This document shows, piece after piece, positions 21,402 through 29,769 of a stretch of 64,000 bases of DNA. The notes beneath the pieces were generated by a model. It was not told where the DNA came from. It made no database searches and was given only the letters and a program-made list of their open reading frames with translations. Numbering within the stretch: position 1 is the stretch's first letter; every line of letters begins with the position of its first letter. The position numbers were made by a program, and so were the translations under genes. The DNA is from Rhodocyclaceae bacterium. Lineage in GTDB: Bacteria; Pseudomonadota; Gammaproteobacteria; Burkholderiales; Rhodocyclaceae. The DNA is taken from assembly GCA_031556405.1 (NCBI GenBank), contig JAVBTC010000032.1, positions 2,433 through 66,432 on the forward strand. The letters run 5' to 3'.

Positions 21402-21639
21402 CCTTTTTAGGTTGAATGTTGTAATAGAGCATTTCTCGATCGAGCTGTCCCGGCGTTACGGCCCTCTTGCTGTGCTACTACTTGTACTGCTGCCTGTATG
21501 GGCCACGCCTTGGTACAACTCAATCGCGGAGCGCTCCAGATGCCAGAACATCCTCCGGCGGGAAAAACCGCCGGGCAGAACTAAAAATTATAACCGTAAC
21601 TCTCCCTTGAGTTTATGGCATTGCCGGGAAGCCTCCCTT

Positions 21640-22371
21640 TCAGCTCAATTCATTATGATAATGATGTTTTCGCGTCGAGTAGAACCCGCGCCGCCATTCG
21701 ACCGGTTTATTGCCATAGGTGAAGGCGACGCGCTCAACGAGCAGCAGCGGCGAGCCTTCTTCCACTTTCAGATGTTGCGCCGCGATGCCTTCGGCGGCGA
21801 TGGCGAACAGCCGTTCGTCGGCACGGATCATTCGTACGCCATATTTGCTCTCGAAAAGGCTGTAGAGCGATTTGTCGCTTTCTTTCAGTATTTCCTGCGA
21901 AAGATCCGGGAAAAGGTCGCCCGGCAAATAGATTTCGTCGAATACCACCGGTTCTTCGCCGAAGCACAGCAGGCGGCGCACGATAATGATTGCGGCGCCC
22001 TGTTCCAGCCCCAGTACCTGCGCCACGTCGGCACCCGCCCGGGCGCGGCCGCACTCCAGAGGAATGCTGTGCGAAAGAGGCAATTCTCCTTCGTTCGCGG
22101 CAAGGCGCAGAAAACGGAAAAAAGAGTGGGGGTCGTTATGCGTGGCGACGAAGGTTCCCTTTCCCTGCCGCCGCACGAGCAGATTTTCCGCGGCCATTTC
22201 GTCGACCGCCTTGCGCACCGTTCCCTGGCTGACGCCGAAGCGCAGCGCCAGATCGGCTTCGCTCGGGATCGCGTCGCCCGGCCGCCATTCTCCGGAGGCC
22301 AACTGTTCCATGATCAAATTCTTGATCTGCCGGTACAGCGGGCTGAAAGTGGGCGAAGAAGAGAGGCTCAC
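21640..22371 (-). CDS. GntR-family transcriptional regulator (HutC/UTRA subfamily)
   Basis: Winged HTH ..SEADLALRFGVSQGTVRKAVDEMAAENLLVRRQGKGTFV.. plus a UTRA-like C-terminal domain. It lies upstream of sdhCDAB, which I recall is a common betaproteobacterial arrangement. Confidence 0.85.
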   Translation of the reverse strand: MSLSSSPTFSPLYRQIKNLIMEQLASGEWRPGDAIPSEADLALRFGVSQGTVRKAVDEMAAENLLVRRQGKGTFVATHNDPHSFFRFLRLAANEGELPLSHSIPLECGRARAGADVAQVLGLEQGAAIIIVRRLLCFGEEPVVFDEIYLPGDLFPDLSQEILKESDKSLYSLFESKYGVRMIRADERLFAIAAEGIAAQHLKVEEGSPLLLVERVAFTYGNKPVEWRRGFYSTRKHHYHNELS

Positions 22372-22489
22372 GGGTGGAAAAGGGAAAGAAGGTAAAAAGA
22401 GGAATGGGTCACGGGGTGGGATTTCATCATAAAAAAAATCGGACGTCTATCCTTAGATTTATATCTTATATAAAACAATTGTTGAAGCA

Positions 22490-22518
22490 TTGACAGTGCC
22501 TTTTCCCCCTTCTATGAT
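22490..22518 (+). promoter_or_regulatory. Near-consensus sigma70 promoter upstream of mdh (TTGACA-17 nt-TATGAT)
   Basis: TTGACA at 22490-22495, a 17-nt spacer, and TATGAT at 22513-22518. This implies a leader of about 215 nt before the mdh ATG at 22740. Confidence 0.5.
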
Positions 22519-22739
22519 CTTTCGCTTGTTTTCTTCGCCGGGTTTTATCGCAGTTTTTTGCTTTTCGGCGTTCGCGTGTTTCGTCGTATTCCACGCGCGG
22601 AATCGGATCGGAATGCCGGTCTTCGGATTGCACCAAGGTATTTCCAGAAGCACATCCGGGAGGACGGTTTCCATTCTCCGACTGTTCCGGCTGTTCGTGC
22701 CCGGTCTTTTTTACTCAAACTCTCAACAGGAGCCGCACT

Positions 22740-23726
22740 ATGTCTAAAGCCCCCATGCGTGTCGCCGTCACCGGCGCCGCAGGTCAAATCGGTTACAGCC
22801 TGCTGTTTCGTATCGCTTCCGGCGAAATGCTCGGCAAGGATCAGCCCGTCATTCTGCAACTGCTCGATCTGCCGCAGGCGCAACAGGCGGTTCAGGGCGT
22901 GATGATGGAACTCGACGACTGCGCTTTCCCGCTTCTGGCCGGCATGCTTGCCAGCGATGATCCGAACGTCGCTTTCAAGGATGCCGACTGCTGTCTTCTG
23001 GTCGGCGCCCGGCCGCGGTCGAAAGGAATGGAGCGTGCCGATCTGCTGTCGGCCAACGGTGCCATCTTTACCGTGCAGGGCAAGGCCATTGCCGAGAACG
23101 CGAAGGAAAACGTCAAGGTGCTGGTGGTCGGCAATCCCTGCAATACCAATGCGCTGATTGCCGCTTCCGCCGCGAAGAAGGTCGGACGTACCGATCCTCG
23201 CAACTATCACGCCATGTTGCGCCTGGATCATAATCGCGCGCTTTCTCAACTCGCGACGAAGATGGGACGCCCGGTTTCGTCGATCAAGAAGATGGTCGTC
23301 TGGGGCAATCACAGTCCGAGTATGTACGCCGACTATCGGTTTGCCGATTCCAACGGCGATCCGGTCAAGTCGCTGGTCAACGACGCGAAGTGGAACAACG
23401 ATGTTTTCCTGCCGACGGTCGGCAAGCGCGGTGCTGCGATCATTGAGGCTCGTGGGTTGTCCTCCGCTGCTTCCGCCGCCAATGCCGCAATCGACCACAT
23501 GCACGACTGGGTGCTTGGTTCGAGCGACTGGGTGACGATGGGCATTCCTTCCGATGGTTCCTACGGCATCCCTGAGGGTATCGTGTTTGGCATGCCTTGC
23601 GAGTGCAAGAACGGCGACTATCAGATTATCCAGGGACTGGAAATTGACGATTACAGCCGCGAAAAAATCAACCTCACTTTGAAAGAACTCGAAGAAGAAC
23701 GCGCCGGCGTTGCCTCGATGCTGTAA
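22740..23726 (+). CDS. mdh: Malate dehydrogenase (NAD-dependent, LDH-like family 2)
   Basis: [21 protein letters not shown].. and the ..VWGNHS.. motif; 328 aa. Confidence 0.95.
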   Translation: MSKAPMRVAVTGAAGQIGYSLLFRIASGEMLGKDQPVILQLLDLPQAQQAVQGVMMELDDCAFPLLAGMLASDDPNVAFKDADCCLLVGARPRSKGMERADLLSANGAIFTVQGKAIAENAKENVKVLVVGNPCNTNALIAASAAKKVGRTDPRNYHAMLRLDHNRALSQLATKMGRPVSSIKKMVVWGNHSPSMYADYRFADSNGDPVKSLVNDAKWNNDVFLPTVGKRGAAIIEARGLSSAASAANAAIDHMHDWVLGSSDWVTMGIPSDGSYGIPEGIVFGMPCECKNGDYQIIQGLEIDDYSREKINLTLKELEEERAGVASML

Positions 23727-23756
23727 TTTTTGCCGTACCGCGCCGTACCGATAAAA

Positions 23757-23788
23757 AAGCCGCGAGAAACGAATCTCGCGGCTTTTTT
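23757..23788 (+). terminator. Rho-independent terminator of mdh
   Basis: Stem AGCCGCGAGA/TCTCGCGGCT with an AACGAA loop, followed by T6. Confidence 0.85.
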
Positions 23789-23822
23789 ATGTTCATTCTT
23801 CCCATTTCGGATGGGACGATGC

Positions 23823-23853
23823 AAAAAGGGCGACCGTTACTGACCGATCGCCC
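23823..23853 (-). terminator. Rho-independent terminator of the downstream phasin gene
   Basis: Stem GGGCGA/TCGCCC (23828-23833 / 23848-23853) with a U-run on the minus strand (A5 at 23823-27). A second hairpin CCTGTTATTC..GAATAACAGG lies at 23866-23890. Confidence 0.7.
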
Positions 23854-23903
23854 TTTGTGATGCTCCCTGTTATTCGGAAAGAATAACAGGCGTATTATTT
23901 CTT

Positions 23904-24458
23904 TTACTTCTTGCCACGCGGTGCGGCGGAAGATACCGCTTTCGTGGTGGCACTGCTGGCGGCCTGGATATTGGCTTCAGTGATTTCGGCCATTTGCCGC
24001 GAGATTCCCTGCATTTTTTCGAATGCCTGATTGGTGGCGCTGAGGAGCGATTTCATGGTCGCTGCAAAAACGTCGCCGCCTACCGGAGCGTTGGCGGAGG
24101 TTTTTTCGATGGCACTCGAAGCAGTGCGGGAGAAGTTGCTATAGCTCGATTCCATAACCGTCGTAACTTCTTTCTGCATCTGTGTCATCAGATCGTAGAC
24201 GTTACGGGAATATTCCATCATTTTCTGCATGTTCGGATGCGATAGCGGGTTGTTGACGCGGATGAGTTCCTGCGGATCTTTCGCGTTCATCATTTGCTGC
24301 GTACCGGCAACGGAGTTGTTGAACAGTTCGCGAGTGGCGGCGATATTGAGGGCGGCAAGCTGCTCCATTCCCTGAAACGCAGTACGCATCAATGAGACCA
24401 TGACTTCGATGTTGGCCTTCTGGACAGCGGTGAATTGTTCGATGTTCGGGTTCGACAT
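23904..24458 (-). CDS. Phasin family protein (PHA granule-associated)
   Basis: 184 aa from MSNPNIEQFTAVQKANIEVMVSL.., which is a typical phasin N-terminus. GAGGAAG Shine-Dalgarno upstream. Ala-rich C-terminus. Confidence 0.8.
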   Translation of the reverse strand: MSNPNIEQFTAVQKANIEVMVSLMRTAFQGMEQLAALNIAATRELFNNSVAGTQQMMNAKDPQELIRVNNPLSHPNMQKMMEYSRNVYDLMTQMQKEVTTVMESSYSNFSRTASSAIEKTSANAPVGGDVFAATMKSLLSATNQAFEKMQGISRQMAEITEANIQAASSATTKAVSSAAPRGKK

Positions 24459-24651
24459 TATTACTTCCTCCAGTCTGTGTGTCAGATGAAAACAGGGATC
24501 TGTGGAGCACAACAACATACTACGATGTTTTGTTACGGAATTGTGTTTCGATGCGCGGCCACTTTTTCTAAATACATCATTGGGGTGTTCTTGGCAAGAG
24601 GTAATATTTTCCTGTCGTTTCTCACCCGATCTACATCAGCAAAATTCTTCC

Positions 24652-24682
24652 AAAAAATAAACCCTCGGTTGGCCCGAGGGTT
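24652..24682 (-). terminator. Rho-independent terminator of the upstream phasin gene
   Basis: 9-bp stem AACCCTCGG/CCGAGGGTT, followed on the minus strand by a T-rich tract (TTATTTTTT, the complement of 24652-24659). Confidence 0.85.
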
Positions 24683-24702
24683 CATTCGCAGTCATCCGGT
24701 GA

Positions 24703-25266
24703 TCAACTGGATTTCTTTTTGCCGGTGGAGGCAGCACCGGCGCCGACTGCCTTGACGGTGGCGTTCGTCGCGGCGGCAACGTTGGCTTCGGCGATTTCGG
24801 CAACCTGCTTGGCTGCTTTATTCATGCTGTCGAACGCGGAGTTGGCGGCAGCGATGGCGGACTTGACCGCGGCGACGGCAACGTCGGAACCGGCGGGAGC
24901 GCTCTTGGCGGCTTTGTCGAGCAGGGAAGCGACTTGCTTCTGGAATTCGCCGAACTGGCTTTCAAGCAGACGGGAGAATTCTTCCTGAGTCTGGGTCGAA
25001 ATTTCATAAATGCTGCGCGAATAAGCAACGGCCTTTTCGACATTGGGCTGTGCCAGCGAGGCTTGCAGCGAAAGCGCTTCCTGTACGTCCTTGGCGCCCA
25101 TCAGCGCTTTCGTGCTGCTGACGCTGTCTTCCAGGAAGGAACGGGCGGTGTTCAGGTTGAGGGCGGCGACGCGTTCAGCGGAAGCCAGCGCGGTGTTCGC
25201 GAGGGAAAGCAGGGATTCCACGGTGGCTTTGTTGGCGGCGGCGAATTGTTCGGGGGTGGTGAGCAT
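24703..25266 (-). CDS. Phasin family protein (PhaP-like)
   Basis: MLTTPEQFAAANKATVESLLSLANTALASAERVAALNL.. is characteristic of the phasin_2 family. Confidence 0.85.
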   Translation of the reverse strand: MLTTPEQFAAANKATVESLLSLANTALASAERVAALNLNTARSFLEDSVSSTKALMGAKDVQEALSLQASLAQPNVEKAVAYSRSIYEISTQTQEEFSRLLESQFGEFQKQVASLLDKAAKSAPAGSDVAVAAVKSAIAAANSAFDSMNKAAKQVAEIAEANVAAATNATVKAVGAGAASTGKKKSS

Positions 25267-25351
25267 TACGATCTCCTGAGGATATGGAAATAAGGAATAC
25301 GTTGTGTTAGAAATTTTCCGGCAATTTTTTCTTGCCGGATGTGTTTTGCTT

Positions 25352-25433
25352 ATCGCATGCTGCGATGCAACAATTTCAAGATTATAGGAACGTCTCGACT
25401 GGTGTCAAGCTTTTTTTGTGCGTTGCACAAAAA
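25352..25433. promoter_or_regulatory. Two palindromes upstream of the phasin gene (candidate operator sites)
   Basis: ATCGCA-TGC-TGCGAT at 25352-25366. TTTTTGTGC-GTT-GCACAAAAA at 25413-25433. They lie 86 and 147 nt upstream of the phasin start. Confidence 0.35.
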
Positions 25434-25621
25434 GTACGTTCCTTTTCGAAGAGTGCCGTATTTTCCCTCTTGGTTCCCAATAGGGAGAAATTTCTTCGGA
25501 TTTTCTTTTTTTATTCTATTTTCAGTTAAGTTTGTTTTCTTTCATGTATTAACATACAGGAAAGAATTGTTTTTTATTTGAACGGCATTAAATTATTTTG
25601 TTGTGACGCTCCAAAATACCA

Positions 25622-25657
25622 GAGAGGCTGCATCCCGTATTTAGGGGGCAGCCTCTC
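25622..25657 (-). terminator. Hairpin downstream of the acyl-CoA dehydrogenase gene
   Basis: 10-bp stem GAGAGGCTGC/GCAGCCTCTC with a 16-nt loop. The U-tract on the minus strand is weak. Confidence 0.45.
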
Positions 25658-25689
25658 GCAATGAAACGAATCGAATAAACGAGTCGAAC

Positions 25690-26826
25690 TTAGTCTTCGG
25701 CAATGGCGCGGCCAATGACGAGGCGCTGAATGTCGTTGGCACCTTCGTAAATCTGGCTGATGCGCACATCGCGGTAATGCCGTTCGACCGGAAAGTCGCG
25801 GGTATAGCCACAGCCGCCGTGAATCTGGATGGCGTCCGAACAGACTTTTTCGGCGATTTCGGAAGCGAACATTTTTGCCATCGAGGCTTCCTTCAGGCAG
25901 GGCTGTCCCGCATCTTTCATCGTCGCCGCGCGCCAGACCATCAGTCGCGCCGCATCGAGCTGCGTCGCCATGTCGGCGAGTTTGAAATTCACGGCCTGGT
26001 GCTGGATGATCGGAACGCCGAAGGTTTCACGTTCTTTCGCGTAGCGTACGGCCGCCTCAAACGCGGCGCGCGCCATGCCCCCGGATTGCGCGGCGATTCC
26101 GATGCGGCCCGCTTCAAGGTTGGAAAGCGCGATACGATAGCCTTCGCCGGGCTTGCCGAGCATCATCGATGCGGGTACGCGGCAGTTTTCGAAAACGATC
26201 TGAGCGGTGTCGGAGGCATGCTGGCCCATCTTGTTTTCGATCCGGGCGACGATGTACCCCGGCGTGTCGGTCGGCACGAGGAAGCAGGAAATGCCTTTTT
26301 TGCCCGCGCTCTTGTCGGTGACGGCAAAGACGATGGCGACTTTGGCGTATTTGCCGGTGGTGATGAACTGTTTGACTCCGTTCAGGACGTAGAAATCGCC
26401 ATCCTTTTCGGCGCGAGTGGTGATCGCTGCGGCATCCGATCCGGTATGCGGTTCGGTGAGGCAGAAGCAGCCGAGGATTTCGCCCTTGGCCAACGGCTTG
26501 AGATATTTTTCCTTTTGTTCGTCGGTGCCGTATTTCAGCGTGATACCGCAGGCGAGTGAATTCTGCACACTGACGATGGTCGAGGTGGCGCCGTCACCGG
26601 CGGCAATTTCTTCGATCGAAAGCACCAGGCTCATATAGTCGAGCCCGGCACCGCCCCATTTTTCCGGTACGACCATGCCGAGCGCACCCAGATCCCCCAG
26701 TTCCTTCAGTGCTTCGGCGGGAAAAGTATGGTTGCGGTCCCATTCGGCGGCGAACGGCGCCAGCCGTTCCTGGGCAAATGCGCGCATGGAATCGCGGATC
26801 ATGGTCTGTTCTTGAGTCAGTATCAT
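25690..26826 (-). CDS. Acyl-CoA dehydrogenase (short/medium-chain type)
   Basis: 378 aa. ..GCFCLTEPHTGSDAA.., ..QIHGGCGYTRDFPVERHYRDVRISQIYEGANDIQ.. Confidence 0.9.
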   Translation of the reverse strand: MILTQEQTMIRDSMRAFAQERLAPFAAEWDRNHTFPAEALKELGDLGALGMVVPEKWGGAGLDYMSLVLSIEEIAAGDGATSTIVSVQNSLACGITLKYGTDEQKEKYLKPLAKGEILGCFCLTEPHTGSDAAAITTRAEKDGDFYVLNGVKQFITTGKYAKVAIVFAVTDKSAGKKGISCFLVPTDTPGYIVARIENKMGQHASDTAQIVFENCRVPASMMLGKPGEGYRIALSNLEAGRIGIAAQSGGMARAAFEAAVRYAKERETFGVPIIQHQAVNFKLADMATQLDAARLMVWRAATMKDAGQPCLKEASMAKMFASEIAEKVCSDAIQIHGGCGYTRDFPVERHYRDVRISQIYEGANDIQRLVIGRAIAED

Positions 26827-26974
26827 GAAAACTCCCTTGGTTTTTGCAAATGTGGATTCTTGAACTGTCCGTAAACCCCGGGCCGGAACGGCCGTGATTT
26901 TTCTCCGCGAAAGCGGCGATATCCCGGCTGTTCCGGCCCGAAGGCGTTTTGCTGACGTTCCGGACAGGACGGTA

Positions 26975-28165
26975 TTACAGTAATTCCACCGCCAGCGCAG
27001 TTGCTTCGCCGCCGCCGATGCAGAGGGAGGCGATGCCGCGCTTCTTGCCGTATTTTTTCAGTCCGCCGAGCAGAGTGGCGACGATCCGGGCGCCGGATGC
27101 GCCGATCGGATGTCCAAGGGCGCAGGCGCCGCCGTGAACGTTGACCTTAGCGTGATCCAGCTTGAGGTCGTGCATGGCGGCCATCGTCACGACGGCAAAC
27201 GCTTCGTTGATTTCCCACAGGTCGACGTCGTCGACCTTCCAGCCGGTCTGCTGCAGCAGTTTTTGCATCGCTCCGACCGGTGCCGTCGTGAACCAGCGCG
27301 GCTCATGTGCGAAGGAGGTGTGGCCGACGATACGGCACAACGGCGTCAGGCCGCGTTTCTGGGCTTCGGAAGCGCGCATCAGCACCAGTGCCGCAGCACC
27401 ATCGGAAATCGAAGAGGAGTTCGCGGCGGTGACCGTGCCGTCTTTCTTGAAAGCCGGTTTCAGCGACGGAATCTTGTCGGGGTTGGCCTTGTCCGGCTGC
27501 TCGTCCTTGTCGATGATGACATCGCCTTTTCTGCCGGGAACCGTGACCGGGGTGATTTCCCATGCGAAAGAACCGTCGGCGATGGCTTTTTGCGCGCGCG
27601 TCAGCGAGGCAATGGCGAAATCGTCCTGATCCTTGCGGCTGAATTTGTATTTTTCGGCGCATTCTTCGGCGAAAGTACCCATCAGGCGGCCGCGGGTTTC
27701 GGGGAAGTAGGCGTCTTCGAGGCCGTCGAAGAACATGTGGTCAAGCACCTGGCCGTGGCCGAGGCGGTAACCGCCACGCGCTTTCGGCAGCAGATAGGGA
27801 GCGCTGGTCATCGATTCCTGGCCGCCGGCGACGATCACCTGCGCGGTGCCGGCCACGAGTTGGTCGTGGGCGATGATGATCGCCTTCATTGCCGATCCGC
27901 AGACCTTGTTGACCGCGGAACAGCAAACGGACTGCGGCAAACCGCCGTTGAGGGCGGCCTGACGGGCGGGCGCCTGGCCGACGCCGGCGGTCAGCACGTT
28001 GCCGAAAATCAGTTCCTGTACCGCGTCCGGCGCCAGCTTGGCGCGTTCGACCGCAGCGCGGACGGCGGCTCCGCCGAGTTGCGGCGCCGTCAGACTGGCG
28101 AAATCGCCTTGGAACCCTCCCATCGGGGTGCGGGCGACAGATACAATGACAATGGGGTCGGACAT
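26975..28165 (-). CDS. Acetyl-CoA C-acyltransferase / acetoacetyl-CoA thiolase (PhaA/BktB-like)
   Basis: Active-site contexts ..VNKVCGSAMKA.., ..NVHGGACALGHPIGASGARI.. and ..CIGGGEATA.. Confidence 0.9.
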   Translation of the reverse strand: MSDPIVIVSVARTPMGGFQGDFASLTAPQLGGAAVRAAVERAKLAPDAVQELIFGNVLTAGVGQAPARQAALNGGLPQSVCCSAVNKVCGSAMKAIIIAHDQLVAGTAQVIVAGGQESMTSAPYLLPKARGGYRLGHGQVLDHMFFDGLEDAYFPETRGRLMGTFAEECAEKYKFSRKDQDDFAIASLTRAQKAIADGSFAWEITPVTVPGRKGDVIIDKDEQPDKANPDKIPSLKPAFKKDGTVTAANSSSISDGAAALVLMRASEAQKRGLTPLCRIVGHTSFAHEPRWFTTAPVGAMQKLLQQTGWKVDDVDLWEINEAFAVVTMAAMHDLKLDHAKVNVHGGACALGHPIGASGARIVATLLGGLKKYGKKRGIASLCIGGGEATALAVELL

Positions 28166-28646
28166 GTTTGCTCTCCTTTGAAAAAAACACCACTAAAAAC
28201 GCGCGGCACGAGTGGCGGACGGTTTTTAGAATCGGGGTCGGGGCCAACCGCTGTCGCTCCCACGACATTCCGCCGTGGCGACGAAGGGTTGTCCAGGTTG
28301 AAGGGACAGCGCAACAACGAAGGCCTAACCGAACGGATGCCCGTATGTGCAACGGCATGCGAGCGGTTCAGCCAGCGCTATTCAATGGCACGAGTACCAT
28401 CCATCATGATACTCAAGGACGGCGCATAAAGCACCTCATAATCTTCGCCAGGCGCGTTGGCCGCCTTGAGGTAAAACAAAAACAGAATATCCCTGGGTTG
28501 GATGGAAATGGGAGCGGGAACAGCCGAAAAAATGGCCGTTTTGGCGCCGGAAGTGTGCCGCGGTAAGAATGGAGTAAGTCTTGGCGACAAAGATTTATAC
28601 TTCGCACCGGTTTTTCCGGATCGGTATCAAAAATCGGAAATTACCG

Positions 28647-28668
28647 AATGCGCGCCGAATGTGCGCCG
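28647..28668 (+). repeat. Tandem 11-nt direct repeat AATG(C/T)GCGCCG x2, about 40 nt upstream of the MBL/phaC operon start
   Basis: Read directly: 28647-28657 and 28658-28668 match at 10 of 11 positions. Confidence 0.8.
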
Positions 28669-28705
28669 GAACCGGCGCCCCACCAATCCAGAATAGAAGA
28701 CGAAC

Positions 28706-29758
28706 ATGCAGCTTGATTTTCCTTTTGCGACTCCGCCCGGACCGGGCGAATTGATCGAGGTCGCTCCCGGTATTCTCTGGCAGCGGATGCCGCTGCCGTT
28801 CGCGCTCGATCATGTCAACCTCTGGTTGATCCGCGACGGCTCGGGTTGGGCAGCGGTTGATTGCGGTTACGGGCTCGACGCGGTGAAAGCGCAGTGGGAG
28901 CAGACGCTGGCCCGGCTCGACGGGCCGCTGACCCGTATCATCGTCACGCATTTTCATCCCGACCACCTGGGGCTGGGGCAATGGCTGCGCGAACGGACCG
29001 GAGCGCCGCTGGCGATGACCGCCGCCGAATATCTGACCGCGCATCTGATGGCGCGACAGGAAGGAGGTCTGGGCACTCCGGCGATGATCGGGCAGTTCCG
29101 CCGGCACGGACTGGAGGAGGAACGCTTGACGGCGCTGGAGCGGCGCGGCAATGCCTACATTCTCGGCGTGCCGTCGTTGCCGGACCGTTACGAACGCCTG
29201 TTTCACGGTGACGAAATCGTCATCGGCGCCGGAGCGGACGCGCGGCGCTGGCAGGTGCGCGTCGGCTATGGACATTCGCCCGAGCACGCGGCGCTTTACT
29301 GTGCCGGGGCCGGCGTGCTAATTTCCGGGGACATGTTGCTGCCTAAAATATCGACGAACGTCAGCGTGTATGCCGTTACGCCGAACGCCGATTCGCTGGC
29401 CGATTATCTTGCTTCGATCGACCGTTACACGGAATTGCCGCCGCAGACTCTGGTGCTGCCGTCGCATGGGTTGCCTTTTGTCGGCATCCAGGCGCGGGTC
29501 GCCGCGCAGCACAAACATCACGAAGAACGTCTACAGGCGCTGCTCGATGCCTGCGGCGAACCGAAAAGCGCCGCCGACCTGTTACAAACCCTTTTTGCCC
29601 GTTCCCTCGATACGCATCAGGTGATGTTCGCGATGGGAGAGGCGATTGCACACCTGAACCACCTCGAACGCGCCGGGCGGCTTGTCCGCCTCCGCCGCGA
29701 GAACGGCGACGGCGTTATCCGTTTCATCCGGGGCGATACCCGTGAACTCCTTCATTAA
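28706..29758 (+). CDS. MBL-fold metallo-hydrolase
   Basis: HxHxDH motif (VTHFHPDHLG) plus downstream His/Asp ligands. It is immediately upstream of phaC. Confidence 0.8.
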   Translation: MQLDFPFATPPGPGELIEVAPGILWQRMPLPFALDHVNLWLIRDGSGWAAVDCGYGLDAVKAQWEQTLARLDGPLTRIIVTHFHPDHLGLGQWLRERTGAPLAMTAAEYLTAHLMARQEGGLGTPAMIGQFRRHGLEEERLTALERRGNAYILGVPSLPDRYERLFHGDEIVIGAGADARRWQVRVGYGHSPEHAALYCAGAGVLISGDMLLPKISTNVSVYAVTPNADSLADYLASIDRYTELPPQTLVLPSHGLPFVGIQARVAAQHKHHEERLQALLDACGEPKSAADLLQTLFARSLDTHQVMFAMGEAIAHLNHLERAGRLVRLRRENGDGVIRFIRGDTRELLH

Positions 29759-29769
29759 GGTTACCGAGA

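Noticed and set aside
21557-21580. Hairpin CCGGCGG-GAAAAA-CCGCCGG downstream of the GntR gene
   Set aside because: No U-tract follows on either strand, so I cannot call it an intrinsic terminator. It may be a stabilising stem or have no function.
24566-24573. Additional TTCTAAAT 8-mer upstream of the phasin gene, considered as another element copy
   Set aside because: It is an isolated 8-mer with no inverted partner and no family interior sequence. It is more likely part of an AT-rich promoter (-10-like CTAAAT).
28168-28607. Several 60-130-aa ORFs in the thiolase / MBL divergent spacer
   Set aside because: They are mutually overlapping on both strands and have no motifs or ribosome-binding sites. 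A degraded gene remains possible, but I cannot support one from the sequence.
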